Source: a virus
Taxonomy: Duplodnaviria > Caudoviricetes
DNA length: 64,000 nucleotides
Virus record (IMG/VR): IMGVR_UViG_3300020414_000008
Location: 64,001 to 128,000 of that record
Direction: 5' to 3' (one strand)
A model generated the notes under the pieces. The model was not told the DNA's origin, searched no databases, and saw only the letters and a program-made list of their open reading frames with translations. This document shows, in pieces, positions 9,435-19,999 of the stretch. Made by a program: the position numbers and the translations under genes. Within the stretch, counting starts at the first letter, position 1; each line of letters opens with the position of its first letter.

Positions 9435-10859
9435 ATGAGTATAGAACTACCAAAACTAAAGAAGGTATCTAAGGACAAAGTAAAGAAACCAAAGATACTT
9501 TTACTTTCCGATGATTTACGATTACATAGTGGAATCGCAACACAATCAAAAGAAATTGTATTGTCAACAGTACACAAATATGATTGGGTACAGTTGGGTG
9601 CAGCATTAAAACACCCTGAATCAGGTAAAACACTTATCTTAGACGCCGATGTTCAAAAAGAAACAGGAGTCAAAGACGCAAGTGTAAAAATATATTGTAA
9701 TACAGGTTACGGTAATCCCGATATACTAAGACAATTAATAAACATAGAAAAACCTGACGCAATCTTACACTTTACAGACCCAAGATTTTGGAGATGGTTG
9801 TATGAGATGGAAAATGAAATTAGACAGATTTGTCCAATCATGTATTACAACATTTGGGATTCACTTCCTGACCCACTATGGAACGCACCATTTTACGCAA
9901 GTTGTGACTTACTATTAGGTATATCAAAACAAACCTATGGTATCAATAAAAGAACACTTGAAAAAACAGGGATGTCAAAAGAAGATTGGAATCACAAGTA
10001 TATTCCTCACGGTGTAACTAAACTATTTAAACCATTATCGGATATGGACCCAAAATTAGTTGAGTTCAAACAGAAGTTTAAATTAGACAAATACGACTTT
10101 ATTGTAGGTTGGAATAACAGAAACATTCGTAGAAAAGTGCCAGGTGATGTAGTTGAAGCATTTAGTAGATTCGCAGAAATGAATCCTGATAAAAAAATGT
10201 TATTGTTTTTACATACCTCTCCGAGTGACCCGAATGGTACAGACATTCCTGAGGTTATCAAACATTGTGGTAAATTTGGTGAATACAAGTTTACACAATC
10301 AGGACCGAAGACACAAGCATTTCCAACAGACGTATTAAACTTATATTACAATTCATGTGATGTAGTTTTAAATGTCGCATCTAATGAAGGGTTTGGATTA
10401 GGTTCTTGTGAAGCAATGAGAGCAGGTACTCCAATCATCGTAAATGTCACAGGTGGACTACAAGACCAATGTGGATTCAGAAAAGATGGTAAACTACTTA
10501 CAGCAGAAGATTATGTTGAAATAGGTTCACTTCATCAGTGGAGAAAATGGAAAGGTAAATTAGAACATGGTGAGTGGGTTAAACCTGTATGGCCAACAAA
10601 TTTATCATTACAGGGGTCACCTGTTACTCCTTATATCTATGATGATAGATGTGATGCTATCGATATCGCGGAAAACCTTAATGAGTTTTTCAAAATGGGT
10701 AGAGAAGAATGTGAAAGAGTTGGTATGTTAGGTCATGAGTTTGTAGTAGGTGAAGGTGATATGGCATCAGAAACAATGGGTGAAAAGTTTATTGAAGCAA
10801 TTGATACTTGTTTTGAAAATTGGAAACCAAGAAAAAGATTTGACTTATGGAAAGTATAA
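9435..10859 (+). CDS. GT4 family glycosyltransferase
   Basis: NRNIRRK, NEGFGLGSCEA..AGTPII. Confidence 0.9.
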   Translation: MSIELPKLKKVSKDKVKKPKILLLSDDLRLHSGIATQSKEIVLSTVHKYDWVQLGAALKHPESGKTLILDADVQKETGVKDASVKIYCNTGYGNPDILRQLINIEKPDAILHFTDPRFWRWLYEMENEIRQICPIMYYNIWDSLPDPLWNAPFYASCDLLLGISKQTYGINKRTLEKTGMSKEDWNHKYIPHGVTKLFKPLSDMDPKLVEFKQKFKLDKYDFIVGWNNRNIRRKVPGDVVEAFSRFAEMNPDKKMLLFLHTSPSDPNGTDIPEVIKHCGKFGEYKFTQSGPKTQAFPTDVLNLYYNSCDVVLNVASNEGFGLGSCEAMRAGTPIIVNVTGGLQDQCGFRKDGKLLTAEDYVEIGSLHQWRKWKGKLEHGEWVKPVWPTNLSLQGSPVTPYIYDDRCDAIDIAENLNEFFKMGREECERVGMLGHEFVVGEGDMASETMGEKFIEAIDTCFENWKPRKRFDLWKV

Positions 10860-12139
10860 AAAAGTTATGTGTAGTTAGTTGTCCAATCGCCACAAGAAGT
10901 GGTTATGGGGCAAGAAGTAGAGATTTTGTAAGAGCACTTATTGAACAAAAAGGTGATGAGTGGGATATCAAAATCCTTTCTCAAAGATGGGGTGATTTGA
11001 GTATGAACGCATTGACTCCCGATGATAAAGATTTGACTTCAAGGATGATTAATAAGTTAGAACAGAAACCTGATGTATGGTTTCAGATAACTATTCCAAA
11101 TGAGTTTACTCCTGTTGGTCATTTTAATGTTGGTGTATCCGCAGTTATTGAAACATCAGACGCAACTGCAGAATTTATCGAGGGTTGTAATAGAATGGAC
11201 TTGACTATAGTATCATCAGAACATTCAAAGAAGACTCTATCAGCAGTATATGATAAACTAAACGAACAAACAAAAGAAAAAGTAGGTGAACTAAAAATAG
11301 AAAAACCTGTTGAAGTTTTGTTTGAAGGATATGACACGAAAATATATGACCATAAAAAACCAATATCAAAAACAATAGAAAAAACATTATCAGAGATTCC
11401 TGAACAATTTTGTTTCTTATTTGTAGGACATTGGTTACAGGGTGATTTAGGTGAGGACAGAAAAGGTATCGCAGCATTAGTACACTCATTTTTGACGACA
11501 TTTAAGACAAATAGTTTTAATAAAAAATCACAACCAGCATTGATACTAAAAACATCTGTTGGTAAATCATCTATAACAAGTGTTCACGATGTAAAAAAGA
11601 AAATTGAAAAAATCAAAGAAATGGATGGTATGAATGGAATACTTCCAAACATATACATTCTTGATGGTGATATGACAGATGAAGAAATGAATTCATTGTA
11701 TAATCATCCTAAAGTAAAATCTCATATATCATTTACTCATGGTGAGGGATTTGGTAGACCATTACTTGAAGCATGTGTTAGTGGTAAACCTATTATCGCA
11801 TCAGGGTGGAGTGGTCACTTAGACTTTTTACATCCTCAATACAACTTTTTACTTGGTGGTGAATTAGTAGAAATCCATCCATCAGCCAGAAATAAGTGGT
11901 TCCAAGAAGGGAGTAAATGGTTTAAAGTAAATTATTCTCAAGGTTCAGGTACTATGAAAGCGGTATTTGATAAGTATAAGAAAGCATTAGAACAGTCCCG
12001 AAAGAATAGACAGTATGTAAAGAGTAATTTTACAAAAGAACATATGTCAACTAAATTGGGTGAAATATTCGACCAATATAAAGTAGGTGAAGGACCACAA
12101 CAAGTTACTTTAAAATTACCTAAGTTGAAGAAGAAATAA
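10847..12139 (+). CDS. GT4 family glycosyltransferase
   Basis: SGYG, HGEGFGRPLLEA..GKPIIASGWSGHLDF. Confidence 0.9.
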   Translation: MESIKKLCVVSCPIATRSGYGARSRDFVRALIEQKGDEWDIKILSQRWGDLSMNALTPDDKDLTSRMINKLEQKPDVWFQITIPNEFTPVGHFNVGVSAVIETSDATAEFIEGCNRMDLTIVSSEHSKKTLSAVYDKLNEQTKEKVGELKIEKPVEVLFEGYDTKIYDHKKPISKTIEKTLSEIPEQFCFLFVGHWLQGDLGEDRKGIAALVHSFLTTFKTNSFNKKSQPALILKTSVGKSSITSVHDVKKKIEKIKEMDGMNGILPNIYILDGDMTDEEMNSLYNHPKVKSHISFTHGEGFGRPLLEACVSGKPIIASGWSGHLDFLHPQYNFLLGGELVEIHPSARNKWFQEGSKWFKVNYSQGSGTMKAVFDKYKKALEQSRKNRQYVKSNFTKEHMSTKLGEIFDQYKVGEGPQQVTLKLPKLKKK

Positions 12140-12654
12140 TGACAGACTTTACAAGTAGACATAGAAGTAATATGAAAGACCCGACTAAGATTAGTAAATC
12201 TAAGTTGGAAAGAGGAATGGTTGCAAAAATCAGATACAAAAAGGTAGATGGTAAACAACGAGATTACTTTGTGTTTGTTTTACAACCTGATTTTAAATTA
12301 AAATTCCATTGTTTAGATTTGAAACATTGTTCACCACAGAGTTTTATCAAATTAGCAGAAGATTTAGATGAGGTGTTTAGTACAACAAAGGGGATTAGAA
12401 AATTAGATTTAACTAAATTAAGAATCGAAGAAAACTCTAAACAGTTTTATACGGGAGTTATTAGAAGTAAAAAACTTCAAGTAGGTTACAGAACTTTAGT
12501 TGAAAAAAATGTAGGTTCAGTTTTGGTCTATAATTACGATTATGGTAACTATGACAAAGTTCCACCAGCAACAGTAAGAAGACAACAAGAACAAGTAAGA
12601 AAAGATGACACGGATTTGGAGACAACACAAGATACTCCACCCGTAGGACTATAA
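12139..12654 (+). CDS. Hypothetical basic protein
   Basis: 171-aa ORF coupled to its neighbours; only faint resemblance to gp2-like DNA end protectors. Confidence 0.5.
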   Translation: MTDFTSRHRSNMKDPTKISKSKLERGMVAKIRYKKVDGKQRDYFVFVLQPDFKLKFHCLDLKHCSPQSFIKLAEDLDEVFSTTKGIRKLDLTKLRIEENSKQFYTGVIRSKKLQVGYRTLVEKNVGSVLVYNYDYGNYDKVPPATVRRQQEQVRKDDTDLETTQDTPPVGL

Positions 12655-12663
12655 AATTAAATT

Positions 12664-13287
12664 ATGAAAATTAGTTACGCAATAACAGTATGTAATGAGT
12701 TTGTAGAATTACAATCACTTTTACCTCACATCTTAAAATACAAAAGAAGAGAAGATGAGGTTGTAATATTATTTGACGAATCAAAAGGTGATGAGGGGAT
12801 AGAGGAGTTTTTAAGAGCGAAATCTGTCAACAACGCATTCGCATGGCATAAAGATAAATTTGATGGTCACTTCGGTGATTGGAAAAACAAGTTGACTGAT
12901 TTATGTAACGGTGATTACATTTTTCAGATTGACGCAGACGAAATACCAAGTAAGGTATTATTACAGAGTATACCCGATATTCTAACAATGAACAACGTTG
13001 ATGTAGTTCTTGTTCCAAGAATAAATACGGTAGAAGGTTTGACCCAAGAACATATCCAAAAGTGGGGATGGAGAGTTGATGAAAAAGGTTGGATTAATTG
13101 GCCAGACCCTCAGTGGAGAATATATAGAAAATCAGATACCATTCGTTGGGTAAACAAGGTACACGAGAAAATCGAAGGATACGAGACTATCTCTAACTTA
13201 CCTTCTTTAGAAGAGTTCGCATTGTTACACCCAAAAGATATCAAAAGACAAGAAAAACAAAATGAGTATTACGATACCCTTGTGTAA
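12664..13287 (+). CDS. GT2 family glycosyltransferase
   Basis: ISYAITVCNE, FQIDADE, W..KVHE. Confidence 0.88.
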   Translation: MKISYAITVCNEFVELQSLLPHILKYKRREDEVVILFDESKGDEGIEEFLRAKSVNNAFAWHKDKFDGHFGDWKNKLTDLCNGDYIFQIDADEIPSKVLLQSIPDILTMNNVDVVLVPRINTVEGLTQEHIQKWGWRVDEKGWINWPDPQWRIYRKSDTIRWVNKVHEKIEGYETISNLPSLEEFALLHPKDIKRQEKQNEYYDTLV

Positions 13288-13338
13288 TCGCGTTTTTGGA
13301 AACGATATGTGTGTCAAAAGAAAATTTAACAATTTCCT

Positions 13339-15036
13339 ATGTTATTAGATTGTACATTAAGAGACGGTGGTTACTATACTAATTGGGACTTTGATACCCA
13401 AATGGTCAAAGACCTTATTAGCGCATGTGATTTATCGGGGGTTGACGTAATCGAGTTAGGTTACAAGTCGCCAGTAAAGGGTGGTAAGTATCGTAAATGT
13501 AACGATAGGTTTATTTGGGACGTATTAGATTATAGACTTCCCGTAAACGTAAAACTTGCGTTTATGATTGACGCGAAAGATTTCATCAAAGATGGTGGAG
13601 TAGACTTTTCATTGATTGACGATTGTATAAATCCGTTTGGTGATTCACCATTTGAGATTTGTAGACTTGCAATCAAACATTCCGAGATTGAATTATCAAA
13701 ACAAATCGGTGAATACATAAACAAAAAAGGATATCGATTAGTAATCAATCTTATGGGTATCTCGTTATTGAGTGATTCTGAAATAAAAGAATTTGGAACA
13801 CTAAACGAGTTAAAACCTGAAGCATTATATTTTGCGGATTCCTACGGAAATCTTACACCTGATAGAACAACTGAATTAGTAAAGTTGTTTAGTGAGTTTG
13901 GTTGTGAGGTCGGGGTTCACACACACGACAATCTTGGTCTTGCTTTTGCAAACTGTTTATCGGCAGAGAAAGAAGGAGCAACTTGGATTGATGGGACTCT
14001 TCTTGGAATGGGTAGAGGTGTCGGGAATGTCAAAACAGAACAACTCGTCACATATTATCAGTACGGTGAGGGAAACAAAACGTATAACTGTAAACCTCTT
14101 CAAGAGGTGATTAGAAAGTGGATGACCCCGTTGATGGAAACACACAAGTGGGGATTCACACACAATTATATGGTTAGTGGATTAAAACACATCCACCCAC
14201 TGTATCCACAGAATCTACAACAGTCACATCTGAACCCTAATAGAATCGAAGATATTTTATTGGACATACCTGATTCCCTTAGGTTTGATTCTGAAAAGAT
14301 TGAAGAGGTGATTGAACCAAAAGTTGCGGTGGTTATACCTGCGAGATACAAATCAAGTAGATTTCCTGGCAAACCACTCGCCAAGATTCTTGGGACCGAG
14401 ATGATTATTTGGGTCGCCGGGATTGCAGAAAATGCTGTTGGTAAAGACAATGTTTATATCGCAACAGAAAATGAAGAAATTGTAGACTTAGTAAAAAGTC
14501 ACGGATACAAAGTAGTGTTAACATCAGACTCTTGTCCGACAGGAACAGACAGAGTAGCAGAAGCAGCATTAGAGATTGACGCAGATTTTATTATCAATAT
14601 CCAAGGTGATGAACCAATGTTAAATTCTAATGACATACAAAAGGTGATAGACAAAATGATAGAGAATCCAAATCATGTCATAAATTGTATGGCACCTTTG
14701 AACAAACACGAAAATGTAGAAGATAAGAAAATACCAAAAGTAATAACAAATCTAAAAGACGAGTTAATTTGGTGTTCAAGAAACCCACTTCCTGGCTTAA
14801 AGGAAGGTCTTCCAACTAATCCAATGAAACAAGTTTGTATCTATGGATTCAATAGAGACCACTTAAAAGCATTTTGGAGTTATGGAAAGAAAACCCCACT
14901 TGAGTTTCAAGAAGATATCGAGATTGATAGATTCATAGAAATGGGGTATAAAATTAAAATGGTTAGATTGGATGGAAGTACAGTAGCAGTTGACTATCCT
15001 GAAGATATAGAATTAGTAGAGAAATTATTAGCATGA
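13339..15036 (+). CDS. Fusion of a DRE-TIM (HMGL-like) pyruvate aldolase and a KdsB-like ulosonate cytidylyltransferase
   Basis: N-terminal LDCTLRDGG, ADSYG, HTHDN, GMGRG.GN; C-terminal IPARYKSSRFPGKPLA, TGTDR, NIQGDEP, VDYPED. Confidence 0.9.
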   Translation: MLLDCTLRDGGYYTNWDFDTQMVKDLISACDLSGVDVIELGYKSPVKGGKYRKCNDRFIWDVLDYRLPVNVKLAFMIDAKDFIKDGGVDFSLIDDCINPFGDSPFEICRLAIKHSEIELSKQIGEYINKKGYRLVINLMGISLLSDSEIKEFGTLNELKPEALYFADSYGNLTPDRTTELVKLFSEFGCEVGVHTHDNLGLAFANCLSAEKEGATWIDGTLLGMGRGVGNVKTEQLVTYYQYGEGNKTYNCKPLQEVIRKWMTPLMETHKWGFTHNYMVSGLKHIHPLYPQNLQQSHLNPNRIEDILLDIPDSLRFDSEKIEEVIEPKVAVVIPARYKSSRFPGKPLAKILGTEMIIWVAGIAENAVGKDNVYIATENEEIVDLVKSHGYKVVLTSDSCPTGTDRVAEAALEIDADFIINIQGDEPMLNSNDIQKVIDKMIENPNHVINCMAPLNKHENVEDKKIPKVITNLKDELIWCSRNPLPGLKEGLPTNPMKQVCIYGFNRDHLKAFWSYGKKTPLEFQEDIEIDRFIEMGYKIKMVRLDGSTVAVDYPEDIELVEKLLA

Positions 15037-15716
15037 ACGGAATTAGAATAGTACACGCAGGTGGTGTTGGTGATGGACTAATGATGTCATCAGTCATAAA
15101 AGAAAAATACTGTAAAGAATACGACATGGTCTACTTAGACGTTCAAAAAGGTAGACTTAATTGGTTGTTTAAAAAACTGTATAATGATACACCAAACATT
15201 CAGTTTGGTACAGGAGCAAAAGATAACACTATTAAATTAGGTTTTGCATCTGCGGTAGAGGGTCCAAAGTGGAGAGAGTTGTCTTGGAATCGAGACCTTG
15301 AAGAAGAGGATAGATTGTATCAGGATTTAGTAAATGAGGTTGGTGAGGATTATATCATAGTCCACGAAAGAGGTCAAGATAATGTTTTCAGGAAGATGTA
15401 TCCTATAAACAGAAACTACTTTGAGAATGACCAACTACCTGTAATCAATGTTCACGCAAGGGAAGGACATATATTAGATTACAGTAAAGTACTACAAAAC
15501 GCAAAAGAGATTCATGTTTACGAGGGAAGTTTTATGAACCTTGCTGATGCAGTCGTAGATGGGTCTAAAGTGCCTTTGTATGGTCATTTGTATTGTAAAC
15601 AACACTACTTTGACCCACATTTGGTACACAATCAAATCATACAATATATAAAAGCCGGAAAATGGCACAAAAACAATTGGAATTATTTATGGGAAATATC
15701 GGAAACACTAATATGA
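15033..15716 (+). CDS. Hypothetical protein, possible GT-B glycosyltransferase
   Basis: GGVGDGL start and SFMNLAD segment resemble GT9-like proteins; inside the glycan cluster. Confidence 0.5.
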   Translation: MNGIRIVHAGGVGDGLMMSSVIKEKYCKEYDMVYLDVQKGRLNWLFKKLYNDTPNIQFGTGAKDNTIKLGFASAVEGPKWRELSWNRDLEEEDRLYQDLVNEVGEDYIIVHERGQDNVFRKMYPINRNYFENDQLPVINVHAREGHILDYSKVLQNAKEIHVYEGSFMNLADAVVDGSKVPLYGHLYCKQHYFDPHLVHNQIIQYIKAGKWHKNNWNYLWEISETLI

Positions 15717-16516
15717 AATTAGGAGTTATAGGAATAGGAGCAGTTGGTTCTGCGATATCAAAGGGATTTGAATACATCGGACACGAAGTTGTCGGATATG
15801 ATATCAAAATACCTGAGACTTCAATAGAAGATACATTAGATACAGAAATTAACTTTATCACAGTTGGAACTCCTACAGGTCCAAATCAAGAATGTGATTT
15901 AACAGCAGTAAATTCTGTGATAGAACAACTTAGTAAATTAGAATATAAAGGTCTTGTTGCACTTAAGAGTACAATAGAACCTGGCACTACACAAAGATTG
16001 ATGAGTGAATATCCAAATCTTAATATGTGTTTTGTACCTGAGTTCCTGAGAGAAAGATGTGCATATGAAGACTTCGTATACAATAACAATATCTTAGTTG
16101 TTGGTACTGATAGTGATGAAAACTATGATTTGATTGTAAAAGCACACGGTTCACTACCATTCCATAAAGTTAAGATGTCAATCATAGAATCAGAACTTAT
16201 GAAGTATTTTTCAAATACATACAAGGCGATGAGAATCACATTTGCAAATTCATTCCATAAAGTAGCAGAACATTTTGGTGCAAACTACGATGCAATCAAA
16301 GACGCGTTTTTATTCCACGGTGTCGGTGAAGGTCACTACTTAAATGTAAATAAAGAGTTTGGTGGTTATGGTGGAATGTGTCTTCCTAAAGATACAAAAG
16401 CAATGAAAGTACTCTGTAAGAAATATAACATTGACGTGGATATTTTCAGATTCATTGATGAGGAAAATGATAAGTTTGTAAAAACAGTACCAAAAGGAAT
16501 GAGATACGACATATGA
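15713..16516 (+). CDS. ugd: UDP-glucose/GDP-mannose dehydrogenase family
   Basis: GIGAVG, VGTP, KSTI.PG, PEFLRE, KYFSN, GYGGMCLPKD. Confidence 0.92.
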   Translation: MKLGVIGIGAVGSAISKGFEYIGHEVVGYDIKIPETSIEDTLDTEINFITVGTPTGPNQECDLTAVNSVIEQLSKLEYKGLVALKSTIEPGTTQRLMSEYPNLNMCFVPEFLRERCAYEDFVYNNNILVVGTDSDENYDLIVKAHGSLPFHKVKMSIIESELMKYFSNTYKAMRITFANSFHKVAEHFGANYDAIKDAFLFHGVGEGHYLNVNKEFGGYGGMCLPKDTKAMKVLCKKYNIDVDIFRFIDEENDKFVKTVPKGMRYDI

Positions 16517-17448
16517 AAATATTAGTAACAGGAGCAGCAGGATTTTTAGGTTCACATCTTTGTGATTCATTATTAGATGGTGGTCACGAAGTCGTTGGAG
16601 TAGATAACTTTTTCAGAGGAAAGGTAAGTAACTTACCAACTCATGAAAACTTTACATTCAAAGAGTTAGACTTAGTTTATAGTGAACCAATAAAAGAATT
16701 TATGTTAGAACATCAGTTCGATGTAGTTGTTCACTACGCAGCAATAAATGGAACAAGATATTTTTATGATATTCCATTTAAAGTCTGTAATCATAATATC
16801 TTAATGACTCAGAATGTATTGAACGCATGTACACCTTCAGTAACAAAAGTAGTATACGCGTCATCATCTGAAATTTATGGACCATCACCAATTGTTCCAA
16901 CTGAAGAAACAGAACCTATGATTTTACATCCATCTGCAAATAGAGACTCTTACGCGTCTTCAAAAGGTATGGGTGAGTTCTTAGTAAGATTATGGGCAGA
17001 TGAAAAAAGAAAAGAGTATTTGATAGTTAGACCTTTTAACACTTATGGTCCAAGAATGGCAACAGGTGGTTATGGTCAAGTGATTCCTGAGTTTATTGAA
17101 AGAATCAAATCAGATGAGGACTTTTACTTATATGGTGATGGAAATCAAACAAGGTCTTTTTGTTATGTTACAGACCATGCTAATATTGTTTCTGATTTAA
17201 TTTTGAAAACATCTAACGAAATAGTAAATGTTGGATTTGATGAAGAGATTACTATTCATGATTTGGCGATGGTTATACATCAAATAATGGATAAAGAATT
17301 TAAAGTAGAGTATAAACCTGCGTGGTCTAACGATACAAAATGGAGAAAACCATCACTTTCTAAGTTAAAAAGTTGTATAGGTTATGAAAATTTTGTATGT
17401 TTAGAAGACGGAATAAATAAAATGTTAAAATATGGCGATAGAAATTAA
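16513..17448 (+). CDS. NAD-dependent epimerase/decarboxylase (UDP-glucuronate decarboxylase-like)
   Basis: TGAAGFLGSHL, SSSEIYG, YASSK, FNTYGPRM, GDGNQTRSFCYV. Confidence 0.9.
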   Translation: MKILVTGAAGFLGSHLCDSLLDGGHEVVGVDNFFRGKVSNLPTHENFTFKELDLVYSEPIKEFMLEHQFDVVVHYAAINGTRYFYDIPFKVCNHNILMTQNVLNACTPSVTKVVYASSSEIYGPSPIVPTEETEPMILHPSANRDSYASSKGMGEFLVRLWADEKRKEYLIVRPFNTYGPRMATGGYGQVIPEFIERIKSDEDFYLYGDGNQTRSFCYVTDHANIVSDLILKTSNEIVNVGFDEEITIHDLAMVIHQIMDKEFKVEYKPAWSNDTKWRKPSLSKLKSCIGYENFVCLEDGINKMLKYGDRN

Positions 17449-17824
17449 AACACCGATTGGTGACGCATTCGATAAGTTATCAATCCTTGAAATAAAACTT
17501 GAAAATGTAAAAGATGAAGTTCAAAGAGAAAATATTCAAAATGAACTTAATTATTTACAAGACAAATTGAAACCATTTTGGGATAATGGTGGAGACGAAC
17601 TAAAAGAAATCTACAGTAGACTCAAAAAGACAAACGGTCAAATGTGGGTTATTGAAGATTCTGTTAGGTTATTAGAAAAAGATAAATTGTTTAATGAAGA
17701 ATTCATTGAATACGCAAGAGCGGTTTATTACACAAATGATAGAAGAGCAGCAGAGAAGAAAGAAATAAATCATTTACTGAATTCAGAATTCTTCGAGGAG
17801 AAGATATACCAAAAATATGATTAA
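17432..17824 (+). CDS. DUF6165-like protein
   Basis: GD..DKLSILEIK, W.IED, ARAVY.TND.R..K..IN, EEK.Y. Confidence 0.75.
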   Translation: MAIEIKTPIGDAFDKLSILEIKLENVKDEVQRENIQNELNYLQDKLKPFWDNGGDELKEIYSRLKKTNGQMWVIEDSVRLLEKDKLFNEEFIEYARAVYYTNDRRAAEKKEINHLLNSEFFEEKIYQKYD

Positions 17825-18503
17825 TTTTAGTGAAGGAAATTCTACCGACTATCCATTTCCTATTATAGAAGTGGAAAACTGTTTTGATGAAGAAACACTT
17901 GAGAACCTTATACAAGAGTTCCCTGATGTATCTTCAGAAGGAACCGTTATGGGTGGTAGAAAAAAGATGAATTCAGGTAGTCCTAAGTTTGACGAGTGGT
18001 TACAAACTGCACCTACTTGGAAAAAGTTTTACGAATATCTAAATGATGATGAAGTATTCCATAGTTTTGTAAACTATTATGATAATGAGTTGAAAGATTG
18101 GGATAGTGTTATTACAACTGATAGTTCGTTAAAGACAGATAGTTTCTTACACATCGATTGGTCCTCTGCGACTGATGGTTATGTTAGAGAAATACATAGA
18201 GATACAAATAAAAGGATTTGGAACTTTCTAATATTCTTTAATGATAAAGATTGGGAAGGTGGTGACTTCTTGATTCATTCATCTGATAATCTAAATAAAT
18301 TAGACCAACAGATATGGGACTTAAACGCATTACCTGTACACAAAACAGTCGAAGCGAAGAAGAATAAAGGAGTATTCTTTTTGTCAACACCCGATTCTTA
18401 TCATTCAGTATCTAAACAGTTTAACACAAACTCACCAAGAAAGTTTATATATGGTTCTTACTCATATAGAGATGGTGATGTATTTAATAAGAGACATCGA
18501 TAA
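17817..18503 (+). CDS. 2OG-Fe(II) oxygenase
   Basis: HRD, WEGGDF, SYHSV, RKFIY. Confidence 0.8.
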   Translation: MINFSEGNSTDYPFPIIEVENCFDEETLENLIQEFPDVSSEGTVMGGRKKMNSGSPKFDEWLQTAPTWKKFYEYLNDDEVFHSFVNYYDNELKDWDSVITTDSSLKTDSFLHIDWSSATDGYVREIHRDTNKRIWNFLIFFNDKDWEGGDFLIHSSDNLNKLDQQIWDLNALPVHKTVEAKKNKGVFFLSTPDSYHSVSKQFNTNSPRKFIYGSYSYRDGDVFNKRHR

Positions 18504-18799
18504 TGTATAGACCATTACCTAAAGGTTTAAACATTATGAAAAGTAACATAGATGGAATGGGTTTATTCGCAACAATGGATATTCCATCTGATTATGACTT
18601 TGGTATAAGTCATGTCCCAAACTCTAAGTTTGAGAACGGATACATTAGAACACCCTTAGGTGGATTTATCAATCATAGTGATAATCCAAATTGTAAAGTG
18701 GTGACGGATGTAGACGGTAATTACAGATTAGTGTCAACTCAGTTTCTTTCGATTGGAGACGAGATTACACTAAAATATAATTTATATAAAATAAAATGA
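18503..18799 (+). CDS. Minimal SET-domain protein
   Basis: G.GLFA, FINHSDNPNC, GDEITLKY. Confidence 0.88.
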   Translation: MYRPLPKGLNIMKSNIDGMGLFATMDIPSDYDFGISHVPNSKFENGYIRTPLGGFINHSDNPNCKVVTDVDGNYRLVSTQFLSIGDEITLKYNLYKIK

Positions 18800-19197
18800 A
18801 CATAGACGAATATGACAAAATGCAACACCACGAAAACAACTATCAAGTTGCGATAGACTTTGATGGTGTTGTCCATGGTAATTCAAAAGGATTCCATGAT
18901 GGAACTGTATACGACCCACCTATTGAGGGTTCTTTAGACGCAATCAAGTGGTTTAAGTCTCAAGGGTACGATATAGTTTTATTTACCGCAAAAGTAAAAC
19001 CCGATAGACCACTTGTAAATGGTAAAACAGGTGAAGAGTTGATTTGGGAGTGGTTAACTAAATATGAGATTGATACTTATATAAAAGAAATAACTTGTGA
19101 AAAACCAAGAGCAATCTGTTACATAGATGACAGAGGTATCAGGTTTGAATCATGGGAACAGACGTTAAAACAATTTAATGAAATCACAAACAAGTAA
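18796..19197 (+). CDS. HAD-family phosphatase
   Basis: IDFDGV, FTA, KP.A..YIDDR. Confidence 0.85.
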   Translation: MNIDEYDKMQHHENNYQVAIDFDGVVHGNSKGFHDGTVYDPPIEGSLDAIKWFKSQGYDIVLFTAKVKPDRPLVNGKTGEELIWEWLTKYEIDTYIKEITCEKPRAICYIDDRGIRFESWEQTLKQFNEITNK

Positions 19198-19999
19198 GTT
19201 ACGAGAAGAACTTCTAAAATTAGAAGAACCTGAAGACAGACTAAAAGTATTAAAGAATCAGTATGAAGGTGAAACTGCATATATAATCGCAGGTGGACCG
19301 TCATTGAACAGATATACGAAAGAAGAACTTAGAGATTTTCTAAGAGATAAGTTATGTTTACCAATCAAACAATCATATAACTTTCTAAAAGAAGTAGCAG
19401 ACTTCCATTTACTAAATTGGTGTAACTTTGCACCGTATGATTGGTCAAATAATAAATCAATCATAACGTGGGCAATATTTGAACAGTTCCATCCTCAAAT
19501 GATATTTGAAAATAATTTAGAGAATGATTTATTCATTCCTATATTTAGAAACAATCCAAATACAGGTGGTGGAGTTGGTCCTAATAAAATGATTCACTCA
19601 TTATCAGAACGAGAGGATTGGGACACTATGAAGTTAGACCACCCCGAATATGGATTTAACCAACCTTGGGGGCCTGGTATTATGTACGAAATGGCACTTC
19701 CATTAGCAATGTATTTAGGTTGTAAAAAAATAGTAACTATTGGTTGGGATATTGGTGATTTATCATCGTTTGACAAAGGAACTGAAGACGATACACAAAG
19801 AGTATTTCAAGAACACTTTTATGGTGATGAACACGAAAAGATTGTATATGCAAAAACATCAATGGGTCCAAGAGAAATACTATCAGTAGCAAAAGCAACA
19901 AAAGGTATTTACTATTGGATGAAAGAACAAGGTGTTGAATGGGAAATAAATTCAGATAGAAATCCTGGCTACGAAGGAATTCCAAGAGTAGAGATATGA
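19178..19999 (+). CDS. Maf/DUF115 (MAF_flag10)-like transferase
   Basis: AYIIAGGPSL, A.YLGCKKIVTIGWD. Confidence 0.7.
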   Translation: MKSQTSKLREELLKLEEPEDRLKVLKNQYEGETAYIIAGGPSLNRYTKEELRDFLRDKLCLPIKQSYNFLKEVADFHLLNWCNFAPYDWSNNKSIITWAIFEQFHPQMIFENNLENDLFIPIFRNNPNTGGGVGPNKMIHSLSEREDWDTMKLDHPEYGFNQPWGPGIMYEMALPLAMYLGCKKIVTIGWDIGDLSSFDKGTEDDTQRVFQEHFYGDEHEKIVYAKTSMGPREILSVAKATKGIYYWMKEQGVEWEINSDRNPGYEGIPRVEI

